A stretch of DNA of 63,946 nt, the filler included, from Reticulomyxa filosa (taxonomy: Eukaryota; Protista; Foraminifera), in the NCBI GenBank assembly GCA_000512085.1. It is 19 parts of 19 records of this genome, joined end to end, with 100 filler letters (N's around TTAATTAATTAA, not from the genome) between each part and the next. Parts side by side here need not be neighbours in the genome. Positions count along the whole stretch, not along the records: positions 10,423 to 18,194 come from ASPP01006688.1; positions 18,295 to 20,335 come from ASPP01027924.1; positions 20,436 to 25,562 come from ASPP01006883.1; 16 more parts are not named here. One strand, 5' to 3'. This document shows, in pieces, positions 11,692 to 24,378 of this stretch; the first letter of the stretch is position 1, and each line of letters opens with the position of its first letter. The position numbers and the translations under genes are program-made. The notes beneath the pieces were generated by a model. That model was not told the origin of the DNA. It made no database searches and saw only the letters and a list, made by a program, of their open reading frames with translations.

Positions 11692-13954
11692 GTGGTCGAT
11701 TGTACGTATCTCAAAGGTAATTTTGTCTTTTTTTTTTAATCAATAAAGCTTAATATGTGTACGGCTATCAACAACCCACACCAAGACGATACAAAACAAC
11801 TTTGGCTTTTTTACAAAATGATTTTGTCAGTTTTTTTTTTTTTCGGAAGCAAAGCTACAATATTTGATATTGACTTTCGACCTGCATATCTCCATTGAAT
11901 CGTATTTTATTCAATGATAAATAAAGTCTACCAGTTGTAGGAATAGTGAGACTACTAAATGTAATACGAAAGGAACTTAGTTCCAAAAAGCAACTTTAGT
12001 AAAAGGAAATTAAATTAACAAAAATAATTTCAATACAAGAAAGGAAAACAAGTAAAGAAAACAAAAAGTGAGTTGTGTTGTGAAGAGGATTTTAACCCAC
12101 TGGGGGTCCCACCGTTCCACTAGTATTTGAGACTTACCCTATACAGTTGTCTCTAATTGCAGAAATTGTACGGCAATAAGTTTTTCAACTTTTTTTTATT
12201 ACCTCTTTGCAGGAAACAAGTATTATGCTAATGTGGATACTGTTTCAAGATTTGTGCAGCTTTTTTTCTCTCGATTCTGACCGATCAGATGAACCGATAG
12301 TAGAAAAAAGTTGATAGTTTGTTTCTTTTTTGATATTAATTTTTTAAATAACTTTGTTCAAAGTTATCACATTATTCAGATACAAAATCGTGATCGTAAA
12401 TGAGGTATAAATTACATTGAAGTACGTAACGGTAAGACATCCTTTGAAAAACAATGGATTAACTAAGCGATGCAGTATGCTGCAGAAAAGACTAGACACA
12501 TAAAATGCCATCTTATGAAGATTATCCGTTTTTCCAAAGACTCAAATTCAATTTTTATGTTTATTTTTTTTTTGTGTTTTTTCTGTAACCTAGTGTAGTT
12601 AATCAATTTTCATATGAAAAATAAAGGTTTCAAGACAACAGAACGAATAATGCATGTTATTTGGCTGTTATCAAAGACAATATTTGTATATGGAGACCAG
12701 ATACCGTTGTAAACTGTCACATTAATAATTTTCAGATCACAATCATACCTTAAAAATCCACGTTTTTTCTCAATTTCTATACGATATACATGATATTAAA
12801 ATTTATTTTTGTCAATTTTTTTTTTTATGTCGTCGTCCAATATTTTTTTTATATCGACGTCAGTGCTTTTTTTTTATTCTACACTTACTACCAATTGGCA
12901 CCACTTTCAATACTCCAAACTTAGACTTCTCACAATTAAGCAATTTTTACAAAATTTTGTGCCTAAACGGCAACTACCCCTATTATATGCTCCATTTCCC
13001 AATCTTGAACTACCTCTAATCACGCTCTTTCGTATGTTAACTTCGATTTGAAGTTATCGGATCTGGATTTTTTGGAAAAAGGGACATGTGTTCTTTATGC
13101 AGCTGCATGGACTCCTTTTTTTTTAGCGATGGAGGTACATGTTTTCTTCGCAGCTGTGCATGAAGTGCTTTTTTTGGAGCGCGTGAATCACTTCTCTGGA
13201 GATTAGATATTGCATTTCGCTACTATCATGGAAACTGATTGTACAATGTTGCATTATATGTTTTTTAAGTTTTCATCCTTAAATGTTGAAGTTTTTTTCG
13301 TCCTCTGGACAAACGCCTGAACTCCATAAGCAAAACAGTAAACTTACCTAAAAACAAGGCAGCGTAGGTTGGATACCACCATGCCACGAGTACAATTGAA
13401 TATAATGACGAGCATAACACAATAACACAACCCAAGAACACGAATTTAAGAAACGGTTTGTTTCTGTTCAAAGGGCTTTTTTATTTTCGAGAACGTCTAC
13501 AGCTTTTTTCTCGCCTAACAGTTAGGAATACTTATTATAGACCATTTCAATTGCTGCTGTGTATTAAAAGAAAAGGCAATTCTGAAAACTTGCTAAATTA
13601 AAGAAAATCAAAAGTTGAGTGTTTTGATTATAACAATCTGAGAAAAGTACAAGTGTAGTATGAGTGATTGCCCTTTTGACTTTGTAACTTACCTGAAACA
13701 AAAGCAGGACTCACTTGTATACTGTTTTAGAGGTATTTGCCCTTGGCTCAACTGAATACAGTGATTAGAAATAAAAAGCAAATTGTTCAAGGGATGTTTT
13801 TCAATTCGAAATAACAAAGACAGACTCCATAATAGAATTCATTGGTGGAAAACTAGAATTCAAATACTAAAAAGATATATTAAATTATCAGTGAAGATTG
13901 TTATTGATTTGAATTATTGATTGTCACGCCATATTTTGAAGAAACTTCGGAAAG

Positions 13955-16900
13955 ATGTTGGCACAATTTAACGAGCAGAAAAAAGTAGCTGATCAAAAAA
14001 AGACAAAAAAAAAAGTGCAACGACTACCCCAAGCAGCATTAAATCCTCAGCTCTTATCTACTTTTGTTCCTGAGACCGTGAAATATATTTTGGGTAAGGG
14101 TCAAGGAGTGGTCCCACATTAGTTGAGTGCAAATGTGTTTGGTGGTTTAATCAAGTATAGTAGGAGATTGTTTTTGGACAATATATATATGTATATGTAT
14201 GTACATATACATATACATATATAAATATATTTTTTCCCCCTCTTTTTCTCCGAATAACGATCAAAAAAACAAACATAAATCAGTACCCAATTCTATTCCG
14301 TAGCATTATTTGCAGATGTAAGCGGATTTACAGATATGACACGAGCAATGTCAAAAAAAGGGCGCTATGGGACAGAATTTTTGGCATCGTCGATCAACGC
14401 ATATCTGGCACAAATTGTGAAAGAAGTTTTGGGTGGCGGAGGAGATGTGATTAAATTTGCAGGTGTGATATGTGATTAAATCTACTATGAATATGCACAT
14501 ATAACAAACAAACAAAAAAAAACTATATATGTATATGTATACATGTATATTTTATGTGGACGTATAACTATGACAAACAACAACAACAACAACAACAACA
14601 AAATGGACCAGGAGATGCGTTGGTGTGCATGTGGCCACCACCGGACAATATAATATCCGATGAAGAGGAACAAAGAAAGCCCGAGCGGATTGAGGAGACT
14701 TTGCAACGCGTGATCCAATGCGCATTGGATATCCAAGAGAAATTTGGTGAAGTGCAATTGGAAGGTGCAGCTACACGCGATAGGAACCCTAATGAAAGCA
14801 ACAATGCCGAGAATGGTCCACAACCGCTTCGTGTTAAATTGGGGATTGGCGTAGGTAATTTTTTTTTTTTTTTTTTTTATGTTCCCCTCCCTCTCCCTTG
14901 CTCTTATCTCTCTTCTTCATAAGGATTGATAAGAGAGAGAGAGAGAGAGGAGAATGGTTGTGAAATGACTCACAAATAAAAAAGGCACTTGTGGTGTGCT
15001 GGTCGTGGGCGGAGTGAAGAATCGATGCGAGTACTTGGTGACAGGCGAGGCGTTTGCACAGGCCTTTCAATGTGAGGCCGACTGTCTGCCCAAGCAAGTG
15101 GTCGTGTCGTCCAAAGCGGCTCAACTTATGCAAAACAAATTCAAAATGGAACCCGTTGGAAAAAATGGGAACCAATTGATTATCAAAAGATCAGCTGACA
15201 AGATTTCCAAAAACCAAATTGTTCAAAAGTCAAGTTTTTTTTTTTTTTTTAAAAAAAAAAAAAATATATATATATATATTTTTTAAATTACATAAAATTT
15301 CTGAACGATGTGTATATATACTTTGACAGGACGATGGATGCACAGTTGGTCGACGTGTTGAAAAGTTACATTCCCAGCGCAGTGGTGCCGCATTTACTGA
15401 TGCCGTCGCTGTTGTGGGCGGCCGAGTTGCGACAAGTGACGATAATGTTTCTGTCGCTGCCATTCAATTCGAAAAAGCTGCAAGTGTTGGACAACATGCT
15501 CGTGAACCATGTGAACATGACCATTCGTGCATTGCAAGAGAAGGTGTACTTGTATCAAGGGTCGCTCAACAAATTCCTGGTGGACGACAAAGGGTCCACG
15601 GTCATGGCCATCTTTGGACTGCCCCCTGTCGCGCACGTCAATGATCCCGAACGGGCTGTCCTCACCGCCATGGAACTGCAAACCGAACTCAGTCAACTCT
15701 TCACTGCGCATTACAAGGAGGACATGCTCAAATACGAAGAAGACCTCAAGCTCTACGAAAAGCATCCCGTCGGCGAACCGCCTATCAAGCCTTTGTATAA
15801 AACCCAAGCCGCCATTGGTTAAGTCACCATGCATGTCGCAAAAAAAAAAATCCACAGTCAAATGGCAGCAATGTCATAGCGCAAAGTTCACATCTCAATA
15901 TAATTTGCTTGTCTATGTGTGACTATGAATGAAAATGAAAAAGGCATAACCAGCGGAGTCGTTTTCTTAGGATTGGTCGGGAATGCAGGAAGTCGTCGTG
16001 AATACACGGTGTTGGGAGACAAAGTGAATTTGGCTGCACGTTTGATGGGTACCGCCAAGAAACAGTCCGACGTCTATGGAGGTTAAAAAAAAAAAAAATA
16101 TTCCACTTATTATAAAAAAAAATTTTTTTAATGCCCCTTTTTTTTTTTTTTGTAGATGTGTTATGTGACGAATCGATTCGTGACAGCTGCTTAAGTAGTC
16201 CATACCTAATGTTCATCGACCGTGGAACAGTGGAACTGAAAGGATTTGAACAGCCCGTGCCATGCTTCAATCCGAAGCAGAAAGTGGCGGAGATCAAGCC
16301 CATCACCGAGTTGTCGGAAGACTTGCTGGAATCGGGCGACTCGCACTTGGTCAGCACGTTGATATCTGCCGTGGAGCAAATGCACAAACAAGGCATTGGC
16401 AAAATCGTATTTGTGGAGGGAGAGGCAGGAATGGGCAAGTCGTCGTTGCTGATTCGTGCGGCGAAGCAAACCGAAGCGAGAGCATGGTTCCTTTGGGGAA
16501 AAGGCAACTTTTATCACGAAACCCAAATCTTGTTGAATCGCATGGCCTTCCCAGTCTGGAAGCAAATCCTAAAAGGATTTCAGCTCAAATTCTCAGTTGG
16601 GTTCGAGCAAACTTTGAGTTTATATATATATATATATATATGCATATACATAATACATATATGTATGTGTAAATATATATATGTATATAGATGAAAAATC
16701 CTTCTCAACGAAATAGCTTTGCGCAATACGTGGCGAAAAGACGACCCGATCTATCGTATTGGCTCTTTCTACTTAACGACTTGATGGGTTATATTCTATC
16801 TTTTGCTTTGTTGGAAGAAAGAATTGTTGTTACTCAAATAAAAAGAAAAATATTAATATATATACATATATATATATATACATACATATATGTATATGTA

Positions 16901-18194
16901 TGTGTGGAAAAGATCTTGGAGCTTCTGAACAATTGCAAGGGTCCCCGTTTTGCCTGAGTCTTAAAAGTCGATTGGCCGAAGCCAAGTTGAAAACGCGCTT
17001 CGCGCTGTACGATCTCGTGCTGTGCCTGTTGGAATGGGCCGCGCCGAGATATCGTCCGATAGTGATCGCGGTGGATCAGTTCCAGTGGCTGCGCGAGGAC
17101 GACTGGGATCTGACGCGTCGCTTGTGCGGACACGTGCGCGAGGGAATATTGCAACAAGTGAGCGTGTTCATCAGCTCGCAACCAATGGACAACGCCAGAT
17201 ACAAGCCGCATTTCATATCGGACCACCTGGTCGAAGAGTACCAAAAGCTGCGCTCCGATTACGCCAAAGAAAACAAGCTCGTCCCACATTCTTGGGGAGA
17301 GCAAAAGACGAAAGCCTTTATCAAAACCCAATTCGATTCTGTTCGTGATGTGTCTTCCTCGTTAGTCGAATTAGTCCATGGGCAGTGTGGAGGTTATATA
17401 CGTATAATTCCTATTTTTTTTTTTTTTTTAAAAAAAAATATATATATGTATACATACATATATATAATAATAATAATAATAATAGGAAGACCTGGATTTA
17501 ACAAATGCTTCGTGGAGTTACTAAAAGAGAATTCCAATTATTTCTTAGACTTTGAGGAGATGCGAGAAAAAGGGGAAAAACGCTTGAAATTGAAAAACTG
17601 GATCGAAAATACCACGCATCCGCATATGCTGCGATTCCCAATTCCCTCGGAAGTTCTGGGAGTGACGCTGCGCCAATTGGATGTGCTGTCCCCGGAGCAG
17701 TCGTTATGTTTGAAGACTTGCGCGTCGTTGTGCGTTGCGGAGGGCTATCAATGTCTGACGGTGCGTGAAAGCGTCGTCAGGGCTGTGCACCCCGTGGAAA
17801 TCTTCCGAGATGTGGAGCGTGTGCGAAGTACTTTAAAGACATTGTGCATGATGAAATTCATCCATTTGGAAGAAGACGACAACGCTCCTGGAGCGACCAG
17901 CGCGACGGTGACCCAAGCAGACGCCAAAGCCGCCCACACTCCAAATCCACAAATCGGAGTCACTCCCTCCGCCTCCTCCGCCATCGCCGCTAATGCCAAT
18001 GCCAATGCCAATGCGGCTATCTTCCCACGACGCTGTTATGGAGGGTATCGAGCCTCCATTTTTGTTCATGGAACTCCCGGTGTCACCGTACCCAAGCATC
18101 GAAGATACGAGTCCACGACCTCTGCCAAGAGTAATCATACATATACTGGTAATGTGCATAATACACTTTTTGAAAAACAATAAAATAAGTGTTA
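13955..18194 (+). CDS. ADCY10: Soluble adenylyl cyclase (ADCY10/sAC-like): tandem class III cyclase domains plus P-loop NTPase (AAA_16-like); multi-exon, 3'-truncated
   Basis: N-terminal LSTFVP. C1: LFADVSGFTDMT, GGDVIKFAG|DAL, VKLGIG|..LVVGG..EYLVTGEA. C2: ELRQVTIMF, YQGSLNKFLVDDKGS..FGLPP..HVNDPERA, IG|ITSG..GLVG..RREYTVLGDKVNLAARLM. Then ELKGFEQPVPCF, Walker A VEGEAGMGKSSL and Walker B-like IVIAVDQFQW. Confidence 0.93.
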
Positions 18195-19446
18195 NNNNNN
18201 NNNNNNNNNNNNNNNNNNNNNNNNNNNNNNNNNNNNNNTTAATTAATTAANNNNNNNNNNNNNNNNNNNNNNNNNNNNNNNNNNNNNNNNNNNNTTATCT
18301 CAGTCAATTTTCGGGATTTGTCTAATGATCTGTTCACGCAATGTTTGATTCCAGTAAAGCTTAATACAACAGCGGTCATACATAATCCGACGGTTCTGAA
18401 GGTAGTGATTCATAATACTTCTACTTTTGGCTGTGCCTGAGCATTTTAGTTACTTTCGCTGTACCTTTCTTTTATTCCAAAAAAAATTTTTAAAAAAGGG
18501 GTGACTGAGAGCAGTAAGAGTGGAAAGTGATGAAAAGAAGAATCAGGATCATTTGTCACGAGATATAAATATGTCTTTGCTATATCGAGCAGTAATTGAG
18601 AGTTTTTTAAAATGTACCAAATTTAAAGCATCCAATCTCAAACGGGACATAACATCAATACCTTTCTAAAAAGGATATCAATATATACCTTTTTCTTATA
18701 GATTTAATCTCTTAAATTTTTCAATGAGTTGTGTGGCTGATCACAACAAAAATGGAATAACAATTTATTTTTTTAATCAAAAAACATTCCTTATAAATAA
18801 TTTAAATGTTTTGAATCTTTAATTTGTCCCTTAAAAATTGCTTGTGGATCATCATTTAATACTTTGCTATCAGTCTATACTTTTTCTCAAATGAAAGGAT
18901 TGAAAGCCTCCCAACAGTAGGTTCTCAAATATGAGTTACAACAAGCAGTATCGTTCACAAAACTACATTATCAAATACATAGAGAACTCCTACATCCAAA
19001 AAATTTTAAATATCGAACCACAAAAGCGCGTTTAGTTTTTTGGTGGAAAGTGGGTGTCCCTGTTGGGATCGTGTTTGGAGCTGGCACAGAGTATCTCAAA
19101 TACAAAAACCCGAAATGTACTATCCAATTTGTGTTTAAACTTGATATTGCATTTGTTTTCAATAGAAGTAAACATAACAAACGTTCTTCTAGATAGAGCC
19201 TCGCAAATGGGTACTAGACTGACAAAGCAACAATCTCAGTCTTAGTTAATAGATAACAATGTTTAACAAATATTATTTTTTCATCGAAAGTTCTCAATAT
19301 AATAATTCAACTTTTATACATTTTAATATTTTAATTTTCATTGTTCAACTAAATAAAAAATGCTAATGTAAAATATTTTTGTTTTCTCAAAAAGGGTTAG
19401 GCCACAGCCTTTTTTTTAAAAAAAAAACTTTCTAAACATTAACAGC

Positions 19447-20335
19447 ATGGGCAATCGAACTACAGCACAAAACTCTTCTGAAAGGAAAACTAAACGAAGT
19501 CAACAGATTACTACCCACTTTCAAACTTTGAAGAAGTTGCCCATTCCACTGATGAAATATGTAAGTGTTTGGAGTGATGACAAAAATAATAATGATGAAA
19601 ATGGAAATGAAAAGAATAAATCAAAACAATTAAATCAATTGAACAAATTCAACAAATCAAAAAATTACAATCAATGGATTCCTTTTATAGGCAATTACAA
19701 TCGTCCAATTAACATTAGAAGCGATCCTTATAATTATGAAGGAGCGCGTGCATTGATTGGTGGAAGAAACAATCATTTGTTATTTATCACTTATCCTGTT
19801 AATAATATTAGTGTGTTTGATTTAAATATATTCCAATTTATTAAACATGATACTTTACCAACTAATGACTGGATATGGTATCATTGCTTTGTATCAAAAT
19901 CAGAATATGGACAAGTACAAGAAATGATGAAAACAAATCAAAAATATAAACAAAATTATCAAATGTTGTTGTTTTGTGGAAGACAGGATTATCAATTGAA
20001 TATAATGAAGATAACAAAACTTTTCAATTTCATCAACTACCTGTCTGTGATGATATTGTAACACTCTATCGATATGCGTACGTGTGTATCAATGATGTCA
20101 TCTTGTTCTTTAGTGGAGGTGGTTGGAATTATGGTAAATACGTTTTTTCAAAATCAGTGTACAAGTATTCAATTCGAGAAAAAAAATGGATGATATTTCA
20201 AAACGCTTTACCCAGTCCAGTATGTAATTGTGTTGCAATATTGAGTGAAGAAGACAATGATATACACATTATTGGAGGATTAAATAATAAACATATAAAA
20301 ATATCAACACACATTAAAACGAAAGTACGTGTATG
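19447..20335 (+). pseudogene. Kelch-like beta-propeller family member (lineage-expanded), frameshifted, apparently internally deleted, cut by the contig end
   Basis: FQTLKKLPIPL, GARALIGGRNNHLLFITY, YHCFV, YAYVCINDVILFFSGGGW, YKYSIREKKW and IHIIGG are Kelch-type blades. There is a frameshift near 19975 between the two ORFs. Confidence 0.75.
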
Positions 20336-21112
20336 NNNNNNNNNNNNNNNNNNNNNNNNNNNNNNNNNNNNNNNNNNNNTTAATTAATTAANNNNNNNNN
20401 NNNNNNNNNNNNNNNNNNNNNNNNNNNNNNNNNNNCAACATTCTCTTTCAATCAAAAGGATTTTTACATTCCTTTTTTTTATAACATAAATCATTCATAC
20501 ATTGTTGTATTATGTCATATTTTCTTCTTTTATTCAAAACAACAATTTTTTCAATAATTTTTTTTTAAATGGTCACAAAGGAATCAGCAGGTTATATGAT
20601 TTCTATGAATTTTTTAAAATAATGTTACAATGGCCACATTAGGGTATATCGCATTCACCTTATTTGTAGACATATTTTAAAAAAAATTATCATCTCTTCT
20701 ACAATTTGAGATAATTGCATTTCTTTACTGTTAAATTCCATTAACATTGGATTAGGAGCTTGAATCTTTATTCAAGATTGGCCATTTTAAGCGATCACAT
20801 AAATGTTGCTTCAGTGAGCAAAAAGAACTGGAATTGATAGCTGATATCATTTTTTGACCTCCTGTGCAAACAGATGGATGACTGTTTGTAGTGAAGTTGA
20901 TGTAGTAGTTCGCAAGTAATCATTTGGTTCTAGCTAATGGTATCTATTTTTATTTTCTATTTCAAAGATGTAGGATGAGATTAAGCGAAGTTCCAAGTGA
21001 ACCCCCCCCAGTATACTGAATTCTTTTACAAGTTTCCTGATTTTGTTTTAAAATCCGCTCAAAAGAGCTATTTTTATTGCATTACACTCCCTGACGCAAA
21101 GTAGCTGTATTA

Positions 21113-21422
21113 TCATCTCAATGTAAGGCCTTAGTGCTTTTATATTGAGAAATGATGAAAGGTATCATCATTCCTCAATATAAGCCCTAAGGCTTTCCTA
21201 AAAAGCCTTAATGCCTTACATTGAGAATGATGATACCTTTCATCATTCTCAATATAAGAGCATTAATGCTTTTATAAAAACCTTAAGGTCTGACTTTGAC
21301 ATGACGATAACTTTCATCATTATCAAAGTCAAAGCCTTAAGGCTTTTAGAATAGCAGTAAAGGCCTAATCATTAAGATGAAGATAACTTTCTTCATTCTT
21401 AATGAAAGGCCATTATTACTAT
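21113..21422. repeat. Tandem array of four related ~72-nt palindromic hairpins plus a half unit
   Basis: Hairpins at ~21125-21196, 21200-21273, 21276-21347 and 21351-21422. Each has ~30-bp arms and a related apex (ATGAnGA-TAmCTT-TCATCATT in units 2-3, a variant in unit 4, reverse-complemented in unit 1). Confidence 0.9.
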
Positions 21423-24378
21423 ATGGCAATCGATCCCTTTTTTTTTATATAGATTTTTTTTTATAAGAAATTGAAAATAAAATTTTCCATTTTTGGACTT
21501 ATTTTAGTACATGTAATTGTTTTATTCGTAATAACAAAAATTTTCATAAAATAAAATTTATTGAAATTATATCTATAAAAATTATTTAAAAAAAATATAG
21601 TCAATATTTAAAACATAATGACACTTGTAAATATGCATATACGTATACGTTTTCAGTAAATATTTGTTTTTCGTTGAGAGGTTAACATCAAAAAAAGAAA
21701 AAATTTTTGTTTTTGTTTTTTTTATGATATAATGGCACAATCAAATGCTGACATTGTCTATTGTGAGCAAATTAAAACACTTATTCATAGATGTGGTAAG
21801 CAACACCTGATTGAGCTCTTATAGCTTTAAATGCTATATATACTATTAAGGCATACCAATTAACAAAAGAATTTATGATCCAGACTCAGATAATGGAAAG
21901 AATACAAATAATTATTAATTGAATATTTGAAATTGGGGAATGTTGATACACGCCTAGAAAAAGTTCGTAAGACATTAGCCGACGAAATTTGGAAAAGGCA
22001 TTACGAATGATATCTAAAATGGCCAAAACCAGGTGGCAGTCAAACAGATATAGTTGCAATTGATTGCAAAGGTATTGTCTATCAATTATCCAAACAAAGT
22101 CATTATGATTTTGGTCTAAAAGCTGTATTAACAATTATTGGTAATCTTGAAGAGAAAAAAAACAATATGATTAAAAACTTAATGATGTTATCGTATGTAT
22201 GTCTGCAGAAATAGAAGAAAGTATTTAAGTATTTTAATACACTATTCAATGATAAATTTTTATTTGGTGGTTTATTAGGATCTGTTTCCTGATGCTAATG
22301 TAGAAGGTACTAAAGAAGAAGAAAAATATTACGATGATTAACTAAATGACTTAATTTCATATTATATAAGCTATCAATTGAACCGATATAAACGTCACTG
22401 GATAGAATATAGTATTTGATGATATTTAAAGTTGAAATTTTTGTATCAAAAAATAGGACAATTTTTTGTGATTAGCTATAAAAAGTTTTTATTTTCATAA
22501 AAATAAGGCAAGTATATGAAATTGAAATAAGCAGTAAACAACAAATTGAATTAAATTTGTGCATGTCAATTCAAGTGTTTCTTTTCATTTTCTTTATTTG
22601 CCTTTTCAGATTCAAAAGTTTTAGTATGAATATCCATGCAATAAAAGAAGATAGAAGAATTTGTAAGCTGTTAAGATGCTCATAAATATGTCTGAGTCAA
22701 TCCATACAAAATGCCATACGGTTGATGTGGCGTAAAAAATGTGGCGCTACTTTTTTTTAAGCTTATCGTGTAGAAAAAAAAGAAAGCATTTTATTCTATT
22801 GTTGTATTCCTTTCCCTCATAAAGGTTTGCTTATATAAAATTATTGAAGTAAATTGCATATAAAGAGAGTTATACATCCAATGTAATCAAGATTGATGAA
22901 AATTATTCAGTATTTGTTGCCAAAATAAACAAAATAAATGTCGTTTTTATTAACAAAAGAAATTTCAGTGTCAAAAACGAATTGATTTTTGTGATGATCC
23001 CACGACAAAAAAAAATTCTCGTTTCATTTATATTCATAAATAAAAGGCTAAAACTTTGTTAATACCGTAAAGTTAGTATATTTTCTTTTTTGTGTAGAAG
23101 AAAACATGTTTGAAACGGTAAATGGACGTGTTTTTTTTTTAGAGTTGCGAATTCACGAAGATGTTAATTAAATTGAGAATTTGTTTCTCTTTACAAAAGT
23201 TGATATTGGATCAACACGTTCTCTTGATTAACTCATATCATTGCAACAAATTTTTTATTTGTTAAAAAAAAATTGATTACTTGCGAAATTTTTATTTTCG
23301 CATTTTGCTTGTGTCTTTCTTTGGAAGGACGAAAATATATACTTTTTCTAATTATACGAGTTCACGGCAGAAAGATTTTGTTTACATTGGCGTCAGAGTA
23401 TCGAATATCTTCATTGCCTTTCAAACCAAACTTTCAGCATCTGTGAGTCTTTTGGAAGGATTTATGATGTTCAACATATCTTTCAAAGACTGCATGAACA
23501 CTGCTTAAACTTTGCTCATATTTGCTAATAATTAGTGGTATGTGCAGAAAAAGTAACAAAAAGAATATACTATTGTTATTCATCTTTTAAAAAAACAACG
23601 AAACATAGTTGTAGAACGCACAAACAAACAACAAATTAGATTTTTTATTTTTTGGATTATTAAAAACCAAAATAAAATATATCCAACTTTATTATTTGCA
23701 ATAGAGTTAATAAGGATTTCATCTCTTTATTTAAATCACTTTACATGCTGTCTTTGTAATGATTAACATAACTTGCATTTGCTGATGGAGTGAAGATCAG
23801 CAGTAAAGAACTTGCAATTCAGTAATCGTTAAAATAATTATATTTTCTTAGAAGTTTGAAATAGCTTATCATATTTAATTGCTGGCAAATAAGAATGATA
23901 AATAGGTTCATTAAAAAAGTAATATTTGATTGGAAATGAAAAATAAAACAAGTGCAAATCCTCCCATATGCAGCAATCATTAATGTTGCTATGCTAACAT
24001 ATTATCCAAAACACATACATTTAGTGTTTTTTTTATTCAAATTAAAATAACCAAAAAAGGAAAAAGCGAAAAAGAAAAATTTAAATGATGCGGCGCCTTC
24101 AGACGCCACATTAACTAAACTTTATTTTTTGGTTTTGTCTTTTTTGGTTAATTTTTTGCATTTGATAAAAAAAAGAAAAAGATAAACTTATTTTATGTAT
24201 AAAGCATATATCATATAACAGTGAGTAGTATTTTAACAATAACACTGGCGAGCCAAATTAATAATGAACCCAATATCATTAATAATACTGAACAGTCTTC
24301 GATCCAGCCACGAACAATCATTCCATCGCCTGATGTGCGTTCGACAAGCCGAGCAACGCTCCCATCCAGTGACAGGAA

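Noticed and set aside
13084-13177. Two ~53-nt near-repeats ending in T runs (possible Pol III small RNAs)
   Set aside because: Only two degenerate copies, no A/B boxes or clear fold, and the opposite strand is open as a possible coding remnant.
15394-18180. Long antisense ORFs overlapping the adenylyl cyclase
   Set aside because: They are shadows of GC-richer, codon-biased exons and carry no recognisable motifs.
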